From positions 1-64,000 of IMG/VR virus record IMGVR_UViG_3300045988_047309: DNA of 64,000 bases, one strand, 5' to 3'. Positions 29,305-38,451 of this stretch are shown in pieces; within the stretch, counting starts at the first letter, position 1; each line of letters opens with the position of its first letter. Under the pieces are notes generated by a model. It did no database searches. It worked only from the letters and a program-made list of their open reading frames with translations, and was not told where the DNA came from. The translations under genes were made by a program, and so were the position numbers. This DNA is from a virus.

Positions 29305-31449
29305 CTATATGATGGTCGCTGCCGAAACAGAAACCTTTCTTGTCATTACTCTTGCCTTATACTCTATCATCTTAGGCATTTCCATTTCATTGAAACAGAT
29401 GTGGAGTCCGATGGCCCTCGTCATGAGCAAATCATCGTGCTTACCGTCTGCCGCCTCATACACCGTTCCATTCTTCTCGTAGGTGAGATATTCATCCAGG
29501 CATCTATCGTCACGCTCCACATAGAGTTGTTCACGGATAACCTGAACCAACACGGAGATAACCATTGGCTTGGTTGCCACATTGGTATGGAATCCGTACT
29601 TCACTGGAACCTTATTCTTGATGTCCGACTCGCTCTGCTTGCGAGCATAGAGGTTGTCATATACACCCTTGATTTGATTCAGGATGAACTCAGACTGGTC
29701 GCCACCTTCCAAGATATGCTCCTTGTCTTTCGTCTCCAAGGTGTTGGACTCAATGACCAAAAGAGCATCGTTGTAGTATTTGGCTATCTGAGCCGCCTTC
29801 CACGCCAGCAAGTCCATATCAATGTGGCCATACCATTGCGCTACCACATACGGCTTGCCGCCTTCCATCATCCAATAGCGGTCGAATACACAGATAACAG
29901 ACCAGTCGGCATTCTTGCTACGTCCACCAATATCCACAACAACCAGATAGCGGTTGATCACCTTGCAATCATCAAAGGTTTCAGGTTTGCTCCATATCCA
30001 CAACTGACCCTGCTTATCCTCACAGAATCGGACATTCTGCATACACTTCTTACCCTTATATCCGTCACCATAAACATCACCGATGAACTTAGGCGCACGG
30101 CATCCCTTGCGGAACTTGTCAACCTTGTCTTCGGCAAACACCTTGGCACCTGAATGTTTGAATGCCTCAATATCATCAGTAGGGTAGCCAGCAGCCATAT
30201 CGGCATGGTCGGTGAACTTCTTACGCTCGGCAATATACCAGTTGATGGCTTCGAGAGGAGCACCCAGCGTCCACAGCTTCCAAAGATAGGTGCCAGGCTC
30301 TTCTCGGTCGGACATCGTGTTGGTATTATTGCGGTTCTCGTATAGCCACTTAGCAAACTCCGTCTTCTGTTTCTTGCTCTCAAATTCAAGATGATACATA
30401 TCGTATATCTCGTACCAGGGAACAAAGAATGGCTCAAACTGAGACTCACCCTTGACTGCTGCAAGCCACTCCTTGTGGAAGAAGTTGCCAGTACCATTGG
30501 CGGTGGATTCATAGGCAATCATCGTGTATGGTCGGTACAAGATACCATTGGTAGCATTCTGCACCACCTCCTCAGGGGATTTACCATCCGTCTTTTTCCA
30601 CAAACCCACCTCGGAAAGGTGAACCAAGTTGTAGTCTTCACCATTGGCAGACAGCGGTCGTTCCATGGAACCCACCTTGATCTTGCAGAATCGCTGAGGA
30701 ACCTTCTTAACATTGCCCGATGTTCCCACACCCACAAACTTCGGCTCGTTCTCAGAGAACGCCTCACCCATATCGTAGAGGAACTTGGTAGGGAAGTTTT
30801 TCAGAGCTTCCTCGAACATACCACGGATAGTTTCAGCCGTGTCCTTGACCTGAGCCACGATGAGCGAGTTGAGGCCCTTCTGCCACATGAGTTGCAGCCA
30901 GAGGAAGTACATCTGAATAACCGTAGAGCCACCCCACTGTCTTGCTTTCAGCAGGATAAGACGGATAGGTCGATTCTTCTTTCTTCGTTCCTCCAGCCAT
31001 CTGAGCAATCTTCGCTGCGGTCTTCTGAGCACAAAACGGAAGGGGAGACCTCCACCTTTTGGTTTGATATAGATAAACGTGGCAAAGAAGAAGAAAGGGT
31101 CATGTTTCATCCTGATGCGAGTAAACTGCTCCACCAGTTGCTCCATTTCTTCCTCTATATTGTATGGCTCGTCTATATCCTTATGTAGTTCCTCAATTAC
31201 CGCCTTGCAGCTACCGAACTCGATGAGCATCTTAACGAGCGGAATCTTCTTCATCGAGACAGGAAGCTGTTGGCATTGAATCGGGAAATCAGGAAGAACA
31301 AGCGCAAATCGCTTGTCTCCACAACCTTCACCCTTGATGGGATTGAATGGTGTGTTGATTTTCTTTATTCGTTTCTCGTTCTCTTTCAGGATGCTCAATA
31401 CGTGTTTATCGAGTGCATCAGTCAGTTTTGCGGTTACTTGTCTTGGCAT
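29305..31449 (-). CDS. terL: terminase large subunit
   Basis: KARQWGGST Walker-A-like motif, LVHLSEVGLW Walker-B/coupling region, and nuclease-domain motifs VVVDIGGRSKNADWSV and GKHDDLLMTRA. Confidence 0.85.
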   Translation of the reverse strand: MPRQVTAKLTDALDKHVLSILKENEKRIKKINTPFNPIKGEGCGDKRFALVLPDFPIQCQQLPVSMKKIPLVKMLIEFGSCKAVIEELHKDIDEPYNIEEEMEQLVEQFTRIRMKHDPFFFFATFIYIKPKGGGLPFRFVLRRPQRRLLRWLEERRKKNRPIRLILLKARQWGGSTVIQMYFLWLQLMWQKGLNSLIVAQVKDTAETIRGMFEEALKNFPTKFLYDMGEAFSENEPKFVGVGTSGNVKKVPQRFCKIKVGSMERPLSANGEDYNLVHLSEVGLWKKTDGKSPEEVVQNATNGILYRPYTMIAYESTANGTGNFFHKEWLAAVKGESQFEPFFVPWYEIYDMYHLEFESKKQKTEFAKWLYENRNNTNTMSDREEPGTYLWKLWTLGAPLEAINWYIAERKKFTDHADMAAGYPTDDIEAFKHSGAKVFAEDKVDKFRKGCRAPKFIGDVYGDGYKGKKCMQNVRFCEDKQGQLWIWSKPETFDDCKVINRYLVVVDIGGRSKNADWSVICVFDRYWMMEGGKPYVVAQWYGHIDMDLLAWKAAQIAKYYNDALLVIESNTLETKDKEHILEGGDQSEFILNQIKGVYDNLYARKQSESDIKNKVPVKYGFHTNVATKPMVISVLVQVIREQLYVERDDRCLDEYLTYEKNGTVYEAADGKHDDLLMTRAIGLHICFNEMEMPKMIEYKARVMTRKVSVSAATII

Positions 31450-31913
31450 AGCGGTGCATTAAGATAACCCCACAACAGACCAAGTACATAGCAATAGATG
31501 TGGACTCCAACTGCCATGCAAGGGAAGAAGATTCCAACACAGATATATAGGAGAATGGTGAGATTGTATCTTACCTTATTCTCCACGTATGGGGCGATAA
31601 AGCCCATGTAAGCATAGATAAAGCCGCTGAGACCGATGATTGGTGCGGAAGATGCAAAAGGATAGCTTACGGCTATGAGATAGAATGCCAACATGTGTCC
31701 GATGCCACAAGGGATAGCTCGGTAACATTGGTGAAAGACGTAAAGGTTGACGGCTGCATGAAAGATGTTCTGATGGTAGAAAGGGTAGCTTAGTCGGTTC
31801 TGAATAGAACAACCATCAAAGAGACCCATGCCTTCATATCCTATGAGTGTGATACATGATATTATAACGTACCCTGTATAAAGTGCAATTTTCTCTGGCG
31901 AAGTTCGTAGCAT
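31434..31913 (-). CDS. minimal rhomboid-family intramembrane serine protease (159 aa)
   Basis: HQNIFHAAVN (H-x4-H-x3-N), GLSGFIYAYMGF (GxSG) and GVHIYCYVLG align with E. coli GlpG HFSLMHILFN, GLSGVVYALMGY and GAHIAGLAVG. Six hydrophobic helices. Confidence 0.8.
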   Translation of the reverse strand: MLRTSPEKIALYTGYVIISCITLIGYEGMGLFDGCSIQNRLSYPFYHQNIFHAAVNLYVFHQCYRAIPCGIGHMLAFYLIAVSYPFASSAPIIGLSGFIYAYMGFIAPYVENKVRYNLTILLYICVGIFFPCMAVGVHIYCYVLGLLWGYLNAPLCQDK

Positions 31914-32317
31914 CTCTTCTTCTCCTCCTTTCTCACCCGATGAAGTATGACGTGCATGGATTTAGGAGTGAGATAGAAACTCGGTGCTTCCTGATTGCAC
32001 ACATGCCATATTACATCCATCTTTGTGAGAGAAGGATGCTCCTTAGAATAAATCTTGTATCTACGGAAAATCTCCTGAAACATCTCTCTTTTCTGAGAGT
32101 TCATGTTGCTGATGGACTTACCGTTGAGCATATTGAGAATAACGTTGTATGCCCGATCTACCGATACCCAAAAGCGTTTGCTCGGAGATTGCAACAGTCT
32201 TCGCTCAATCTCCAAGAGGCCGATATTGTCTCTTACCGATATAACTTCCTTGTAAGCCCTCAATATGTCAGCATCACGTTCCTTAGTAAAGTCACATCGT
32301 GAGCCTTTATGTTTCAT
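31862..32317 (-). CDS. hypothetical protein, possible small terminase by position only
   Basis: First gene of the operon containing terL. Start taken at MKHKGSR, 11 nt from the -7 box. Confidence 0.35.
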   Translation of the reverse strand: MKHKGSRCDFTKERDADILRAYKEVISVRDNIGLLEIERRLLQSPSKRFWVSVDRAYNVILNMLNGKSISNMNSQKREMFQEIFRRYKIYSKEHPSLTKMDVIWHVCNQEAPSFYLTPKSMHVILHRVRKEEKKRCYELRQRKLHFIQGTL

Positions 32318-32328
32318 CGTATATGATG

Positions 32329-32372
32329 CAAAGATACAAAAATGTATTGAAATAACCAAATTAATCGGATAT
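32329..32372 (-). promoter_or_regulatory. promoter of the packaging operon with a variant upstream box
   Basis: -7 TATCTTTG (plus strand CAAAGATA, 32329-36), exactly 24 nt, then TTAATCGGATAT (32361-72). This is the box in inverted orientation with one extra nucleotide. Confidence 0.45.
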
Positions 32373-32384
32373 GATTAAGTATAG

Positions 32385-32427
32385 TTAACGGATAAGATTA
32401 ATAATAATCTGAAAAGCGTTACTTTTG
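32385..32427 (+). promoter_or_regulatory. late-type promoter TTAACGGATAA-N24-TACTTTTG
   Basis: Box at 32385-95 and -7 at 32420-27, upstream of the scaffold/capsid/portal operon. Confidence 0.6.
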
Positions 32428-32458
32428 GACGTTGATTTATAAATTTATACATATATAT

Positions 32459-33274
32459 ATGAACGAAAATGTAAATACAGAGCAGAATGCTGGTGCTGCA
32501 AAACAGCAAGACACCAAGACCAAGAAGGACTTGGCTTTGGAGCGTTTGAAGGTTAGGCATCCTGACACCGAGTATGCAGACGATGAGTCTATCTACGGAG
32601 CTATCAATGACGATTACGATGCCGACCAGAAGGCCTTGCAGGGTTACAAGGATAATGAGAAGGCGATGGGCGAGTGGCTTGGCAGCGACCCTGAGGCAGC
32701 CGCCTTCCTTCAAGCGATGAAGGCAGGCAAGAGTCCTTACGCAGAGTTGATTCGCACGCATGGCGAGGATGCCATAGACTACTATTCGGACCCAGACAAT
32801 GCAGACGAGATTGCAGCGGCTCAGTCGGAGTTCCTGAAGAATGCCGCCAACGGCAAGAAGTTGCAGGAGGAGTACGACAAGAACATGCCATCCAGCTATG
32901 AAGTCTTTGACAAACTGGAAGAGAAGTATGGCGAGGAAGCGGTAAACGAAGCTATCGACCAATGTTTCCAGACTATGCGCAATGTGGTGACAGGTAAGTT
33001 TACAGAGGAGATGATTACTGCATTCATCAAGGCAAAGAACCACGATACCGATGTGGCCGATGCCGCTCACGAAGGCGAGGTTCGTGGCAAGAACAGCAAG
33101 CACGTCAAGAACTTGGAGCTTCGCAAGAAGGGCGATGGCACTGCCGAACTTGATTCTGCCAATGCAGAGACCAAGCCAACGGATAACCAGCCAGACCTTG
33201 GTGCGCTTGATAGGGCATCACGCAGAGGAAACATTTGGCAGCGTGGGCACGAGAAAAGAACACGTATTCGATAA
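32459..33274 (+). CDS. scaffolding protein candidate
   Basis: Acidic helical protein directly upstream of the capsid gene. ATG at 32459 (the track start at 32432 is TTG). Basic C-terminus NIWQRGHEKRTRIR. Confidence 0.55.
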   Translation: MNENVNTEQNAGAAKQQDTKTKKDLALERLKVRHPDTEYADDESIYGAINDDYDADQKALQGYKDNEKAMGEWLGSDPEAAAFLQAMKAGKSPYAELIRTHGEDAIDYYSDPDNADEIAAAQSEFLKNAANGKKLQEEYDKNMPSSYEVFDKLEEKYGEEAVNEAIDQCFQTMRNVVTGKFTEEMITAFIKAKNHDTDVADAAHEGEVRGKNSKHVKNLELRKKGDGTAELDSANAETKPTDNQPDLGALDRASRRGNIWQRGHEKRTRIR

Positions 33275-33326
33275 TGCGATAAGATAAAAAGACAATTTAT
33301 ATGTTTAATTAATATTCAGAATAACA

Positions 33327-34868
33327 ATGAAGAAAAGTACATTTAATCGGCTGCTTTCCATTTTTCTGATGGTAATGGCGGTTATTTTTGGAGTGAATGG
33401 TCAGGTCGTTATGGCTGAGGCGGTTCTGCCTGATGGCGGTACGACCGAGGGTGGACATGCCGCTGAGGCTGGCGGTGCTACTGCTGCCGAAGAAGCTGGC
33501 AATGGCGGTGCGGCTCGTCAGGATGACGGTATAGCAACCGAAGGCAAAGGTCGTGAACACTTCAATGAGAACGGCACGGAGTTCTACGAGAACGACATCA
33601 ACGACAAGATTACGAAGATTCGTCCGATGGCCACTCCTGTTGACCAGATTTCACGTTATGCGACAACCAAGTCAGCCAGTTCGTTCGTAGTAGAATACTG
33701 GAGTATCGGTACACGTCCTATCAAGACCACCGTGAAGGAAACAACCGTAGAGAGTACAGGCACCTCTATGGTGTTGAAGGTTGAGGACCCAGAAATGTTT
33801 ACACTGGATGATACCATCCGAGTGGTAGGTGTGAAGGCAATTACCAACTACAAGAACCAGGCTTACGCAGACCTTACCGATGAGCCAACTCCAGATTTGG
33901 AACTCTGTGTGTGCGGTAAGGATAATGAGGGTTATCCTATCGTGTATGCAGTAAATGGTAAGTTGGTTAATAAGCAGCCTATTGGTATTCCTGCACTACA
34001 GAAGGGACAGAAGCTCATCCGTATGGCGAAGAGTTGCGGTGAGTTGGACGTACAGACAGGTCGTTTCAACAACCTTCCTGCTTCTGAGATTCAGTACTGC
34101 CAGAACTTCATGATTCAGATTGAAGAGAGTACCTTCAATAAGATTGCCGCTAAGCGAGTGGATTGGGACTTCTCAGACATCGAGGAAGACAGCATCTATG
34201 ACATGCGTCTTGCGATGGAGGGCACTTATCTCTTTGGCGATATGGGCTGTATCAAACATACCACCAAGAACAACTCAGCCCAGTGGTTTACCAAGGGTAT
34301 CTGGTGGATGGCTGGCAAGGACATCGAGGTAGGCCATGTTGCTACAGCCGATGACATGAAGAAGGGCTACAACAAGAATGAGCGAGTGATTACCGACTTG
34401 GAGTTGGTTGACATTTCCAAGGACTTGTTTGTGGGTACAGGTATCGGCAACAAGCGCAAGGTGATTATCGCAGGTTCAGGCTTCGTGAGCGCATTCAGTA
34501 AGATTGATTCTGACAAGTTCCGTCTGAAAGACACCGTAGAGGTTTGGGACCTGAAGTTCAAGAGTTGGGAGACCGACTTCGGTGAGGTGCTGATGATTCA
34601 CTCAGAGCTGTTCGACCTCTTTGATATGAGCGACTGCGGCTTTGCCATTGACCCAGAGTTCCTGGTTAAGCGAGTACACCTGTCTTGGACTCGTAACGTA
34701 CTCGACCTGAAGAAGGCTGGCATCCGTAACACCGATGCAGTAGTCATCCAGGAGGTTGCCTGTCTCTACTTGAAGTACCCTAAGGCACACGCTCGTATGC
34801 GCCTTGCTGCCGTGTCTGCCGCAGAAGGTACATCTGACACTGGTGAGAACAAGGACACCAATGTCTAA
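33327..34868 (+). CDS. major capsid protein, start uncertain
   Basis: ENDINDKITKIRPMATPVDQISRY and overall pattern typical of HK97-fold capsid proteins of Bacteroidetes phages. Strong terminator follows. The N-terminus has a hydrophobic segment. Confidence 0.7.
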   Translation: MKKSTFNRLLSIFLMVMAVIFGVNGQVVMAEAVLPDGGTTEGGHAAEAGGATAAEEAGNGGAARQDDGIATEGKGREHFNENGTEFYENDINDKITKIRPMATPVDQISRYATTKSASSFVVEYWSIGTRPIKTTVKETTVESTGTSMVLKVEDPEMFTLDDTIRVVGVKAITNYKNQAYADLTDEPTPDLELCVCGKDNEGYPIVYAVNGKLVNKQPIGIPALQKGQKLIRMAKSCGELDVQTGRFNNLPASEIQYCQNFMIQIEESTFNKIAAKRVDWDFSDIEEDSIYDMRLAMEGTYLFGDMGCIKHTTKNNSAQWFTKGIWWMAGKDIEVGHVATADDMKKGYNKNERVITDLELVDISKDLFVGTGIGNKRKVIIAGSGFVSAFSKIDSDKFRLKDTVEVWDLKFKSWETDFGEVLMIHSELFDLFDMSDCGFAIDPEFLVKRVHLSWTRNVLDLKKAGIRNTDAVVIQEVACLYLKYPKAHARMRLAAVSAAEGTSDTGENKDTNV

Positions 34869-34904
34869 AAGCAAGTAGATTTACAGATAGTCATTAAATA
34901 GTGA

Positions 34905-34936
34905 GGGGTGTGGGCACTTGCCCCATCCCTTTTTTT
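34905..34936 (+). terminator. strong intrinsic terminator after the capsid gene
   Basis: GC-rich hairpin at 34905-34929 followed by T7 (34930-34936). Confidence 0.8.
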
Positions 34937-34964
34937 AGTAACACATATATAATAAGATATAATC

Positions 34965-35372
34965 ATGTTTAAGAAATATCAAGCAGGTACAGATTTAGCA
35001 TTTAGTGTCATGGTAGGCGATGAGAGAATGCGTATTATTTTCGAGGGCAAGACCATGGGCTGTAGTGTCTATATGACAAGAGACCCAAAGGTACAGAAGG
35101 CCATTGAGTCCCACTATTGGTACAAAGACAAATTCTTCTTGGTAGAGAGTGTTGACGAGAAGAAGGAAGCCGCAGAGGCCAAGAAGAAGGCCGATGCCAA
35201 GGCCAAGAAGAAAATGGCTGACGAGAAGAAGACTCACGTAGTGACAGACGTTGAGGATGCCAAGGACTATTTAGCTGAGACCTTTGGAGTGAGCCGTTCA
35301 AAGATGAAGACCAAGGAAGACATCTTGGCCATCGCCAAGGAAAAGGGTGTTGAATTAGAAGGACTGGAGTAA
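34965..35372 (+). CDS. head-module protein (135 aa) with Lys/Ala-rich linker
   Basis: Position after the capsid gene. TAATG overlap with the next gene. Confidence 0.5.
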   Translation: MFKKYQAGTDLAFSVMVGDERMRIIFEGKTMGCSVYMTRDPKVQKAIESHYWYKDKFFLVESVDEKKEAAEAKKKADAKAKKKMADEKKTHVVTDVEDAKDYLAETFGVSRSKMKTKEDILAIAKEKGVELEGLE

Positions 35373-36028
35373 TGAGAACGTATGCTGTATCTGAACTGGT
35401 GAAAGAAGTAAAGGTACTCCTTGACAGGAACCAGGAGTCCGCTGGACTGCTGACTCCTGGCGATACCGATACGCTATCACAGGGCGAGTTGATTCAGAGT
35501 AAGATAGTAGATGCAGCAAGAATCATATTGATGGATGCTCCTGCCTTCATGCTGGACGGAAAGGACTACAATGGGCTGAATACATCTTGGGCAGAATCAG
35601 ATGGTGCTTATGTAGGAACCACCCATCTACCTTCCGACATGATCAGACTCCTTAACGTGAAGGCCAGTGACTGGAACCGCTCGGCAGAGATCATCACAGA
35701 GGAGGATGATGCCTACAAGGTACAGTGTAGCCGATTCGGAGTAAGAGGAAACCCAGAGCGACCTGTCGCTGCACTCATCCATAGAAGTGGCGAGCGACTC
35801 TTGGAGCTATTCACAAGCAAGAGCAATACCGCCACCGTGTCGCTCACCTATGTCGGTATGCCTTCTATCAGTGAAGGCAATATCGATTTGCCCGAAACAT
35901 TGAAGGACTCCATCATATATATGGCTGGCTATCTTACTTGCATCAGTCTTGGCGATACCGACACCGCAAGCGGATTTCTCGGAGTGGCCAGAAAACTGGC
36001 GCATATTGTTGAACCTACGACATCATAA
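35372..36028 (+). CDS. head-module protein (218 aa), possible connector/completion protein
   Basis: Position between capsid and portal only. Confidence 0.45.
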   Translation: MRTYAVSELVKEVKVLLDRNQESAGLLTPGDTDTLSQGELIQSKIVDAARIILMDAPAFMLDGKDYNGLNTSWAESDGAYVGTTHLPSDMIRLLNVKASDWNRSAEIITEEDDAYKVQCSRFGVRGNPERPVAALIHRSGERLLELFTSKSNTATVSLTYVGMPSISEGNIDLPETLKDSIIYMAGYLTCISLGDTDTASGFLGVARKLAHIVEPTTS

Positions 36029-36031
36029 ATT

Positions 36032-38068
36032 ATGGCAAAGAAGAAAGAAGAAACCAAACTGCTATCATTGAGCAGGGTGCTTGACAAGGAAGAACTGGAT
36101 AGCGTGAAAGCATCCAAGAGCCGATTTGACAAGCCATACGAGCGTGCCTTCTCTATCTTGCTGGAGGCCCAACGATACTACAACAACATGGATAACTTCC
36201 GAAAGCGAAGACTGAGAAACAAGCGATACTGCTATGGAGACCAGTGGGGCGATACCATTACGTTTAAAAACAAGTGTGGCTTCAAAAAACGTATCAAGGA
36301 GGAAGACTATATCCGTGAGCAGGGCAGTGAGCCGTTGAAGAGTAACCTTATCAGAAGATTGGTGAAAAACGTGCTGGGAGTATATCGCTCACAGAGCAAG
36401 GAGCCAACCTGTAACGCAAGAGATAAGGACGAGAAGCGATATGGCGAGACCATGAGCGTGGTGCTGCAATGCAACCGACAACTGAACAGAGAGTCGGAGC
36501 TGGATGCCCGAACCATGGAAGAGTTCCTGATAAGCGGTGCCGCTATCTATAAGAAAAAATACGGATGGCGAAGAGGCAGGTTGGATTGCTGGACGGACTA
36601 CGTGAACCCAAACAATTTCTTCATAGACAACAATATGAGGGATTTCCGTGGATGGGACGTAAGCTGTTTGGGCGAGGTACACGACATCACCATCGGCAAT
36701 GTGCTGAGAGAGTTTGCCAAGTCTCCTGCTGAGGCTCGTAAGTTGAAGGAGATATATCGGTTGGCGGCTAACCGTGATTTCGTGATTGCAGACTGCACCC
36801 AGCGATTCGGAGAGTTCGACCCCAAGACCATCGACTTTATGAATCCTGCCAACCCATCTCTTTGTCGAGTGATTGAGGTGTGGCGCAAGGAAAGCAAGCC
36901 CAGATACCGATGCCACGACTACAACAATGGCGATGATTTCAAGATAGACATTGAAGACAAGGCCGACATTGTAGATGCCGAGAATAGAGATAGATTACGT
37001 AGAGGTCTGGCCGCTGGCATGCAGGAGGAGGATATTCCTCTGATTGATGACGAGTGGTTTATGGACGATTACTGGCATTTCTACTACCTTTCCCCATTCG
37101 GTGATATACTGAGAGAGGGTGAGACCCCTTATGCACACGGCGAGCATCCTTACTGCTTTAAGTTCTATCCATTCATTGACGGAGAGATTCACAGCTTCGT
37201 GGAAGATGTGATTGACCAGCAGAGATACGTGAACCGACTTATCACGATGTACGACTTCATTATGAGGGCGAGTGCAAAGGGTGTGCTGCTCTGTCCTGAT
37301 GACTGCCTCCCTGATGATATGAGTTGGGATGATTTCTGCGATGAGTGGAGTAGATTTAACGGAGTAGTGAGGTACAAGCCCAACACAAGCGGTCAGGTTC
37401 CTCAGCAAGTGGCGAACAACTCTACGAACATAGGCATCGGTGATTTGCTCAGTTATCAGTTGAAGTTCTTTGAGGATATATCAGGAGTGACAGGAGCGTT
37501 GCAAGGAAAGCAAGGAGCATCGGGAACGAGCGGTTCGCTCTATGCCCAGCAGACACAGAACGCCACCATGTCGCTGCTTGATATTTTGGAGAGTTTCAGT
37601 CAGTTTGTCATTGACGGTGCGTACAAGACAGTGAAGAACATGCAGCAGTACTATGACGTGGCCCGCAATTTCAATATCGTTGGCAGGGCAGGGCAGATAG
37701 TGCGCTACGATCCTAAGAAGATACGAGACGTGGAGTTTGACATCAATATCACGGAAAGCACGGCTACACCCGTATATAGACAGATGGCCAACGAGTTCCT
37801 TATGACCTTGTGGCAGAATCAGGCTATCACGTTGGAGCAGTTGTTGCAAGTAGGAGACTTCCCATTTGGCGAGGAGCTGTTGCAATCGGTAGCATCCAAC
37901 CAGCAAGCCATTCAGAATGGCGAGACCCCACAAGGATTCTCTCCTCAGTTGCAAGCACAAGTGGCTCAGGCATCACAGAGCAATCCGAAGGCCCAGGCGA
38001 TGCTACAGCAGATGATGAGTGGTCAGGGAGTGAGTCCTGACGGACAGACCCCACCGCTTGCAGCTTAA
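36032..38068 (+). CDS. portal protein candidate (678 aa)
   Basis: Size, head-module position and Gln-rich C-terminal tail. No catalytic motif is expected for a portal. Confidence 0.6.
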   Translation: MAKKKEETKLLSLSRVLDKEELDSVKASKSRFDKPYERAFSILLEAQRYYNNMDNFRKRRLRNKRYCYGDQWGDTITFKNKCGFKKRIKEEDYIREQGSEPLKSNLIRRLVKNVLGVYRSQSKEPTCNARDKDEKRYGETMSVVLQCNRQLNRESELDARTMEEFLISGAAIYKKKYGWRRGRLDCWTDYVNPNNFFIDNNMRDFRGWDVSCLGEVHDITIGNVLREFAKSPAEARKLKEIYRLAANRDFVIADCTQRFGEFDPKTIDFMNPANPSLCRVIEVWRKESKPRYRCHDYNNGDDFKIDIEDKADIVDAENRDRLRRGLAAGMQEEDIPLIDDEWFMDDYWHFYYLSPFGDILREGETPYAHGEHPYCFKFYPFIDGEIHSFVEDVIDQQRYVNRLITMYDFIMRASAKGVLLCPDDCLPDDMSWDDFCDEWSRFNGVVRYKPNTSGQVPQQVANNSTNIGIGDLLSYQLKFFEDISGVTGALQGKQGASGTSGSLYAQQTQNATMSLLDILESFSQFVIDGAYKTVKNMQQYYDVARNFNIVGRAGQIVRYDPKKIRDVEFDINITESTATPVYRQMANEFLMTLWQNQAITLEQLLQVGDFPFGEELLQSVASNQQAIQNGETPQGFSPQLQAQVAQASQSNPKAQAMLQQMMSGQGVSPDGQTPPLAA

Positions 38069-38096
38069 TTCAGTTATTCATTAAATAGATAATAGT

Positions 38097-38318
38097 ATGA
38101 TAGCAGACAAACCAAGCGACAATGAGTGGTATGGCAACGGAAACCCCGATACCAGCCAAGGCAGCAACCCCAATAACGGAATAGCTACGGAGACCCAAGG
38201 CAGGGAAGCTAAGCCCGAACTTTACGAGAATGATGTATTCGGCAAGGTGTCGAAACGTAAGAAGAACGACATCTGGGCGAGGGGCAAAGAGAAACGAACC
38301 AGATTTAAGGACGAATAA
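38097..38318 (+). CDS. 73-aa protein sharing motifs with the capsid N-terminus and the scaffold C-terminus
   Basis: GIATETQGRE..LYENDV matches capsid GIATEGKGRE..FYENDI. DIWARGKEKRTRF matches scaffold NIWQRGHEKRTRI. Confidence 0.6.
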   Translation: MIADKPSDNEWYGNGNPDTSQGSNPNNGIATETQGREAKPELYENDVFGKVSKRKKNDIWARGKEKRTRFKDE

Positions 38319-38451
38319 AGAAAGGAGGTGTTTTTATCGTAACTGTATTTGTCTGACACTCAGATAGCTACAGAGATATTTATGAGTTTATGGTGCTGTG
38401 TTAAAGATATTCCTATCTTTGCAGCATCATAAACTTTTAAATTTAACAGGT

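Noticed and set aside
29236-31188. Plus-strand ORFs 29236..30153 and 30391..31188 (305 and 265 aa)
   Set aside because: Antisense to the terminase large subunit, whose ATPase and nuclease motifs are clear. Low-complexity composition.
32375-33103. Minus-strand ORF of 242 aa
   Set aside because: Antisense to the scaffold gene and runs through the divergent promoter region. Leu/Val/Cys-rich.
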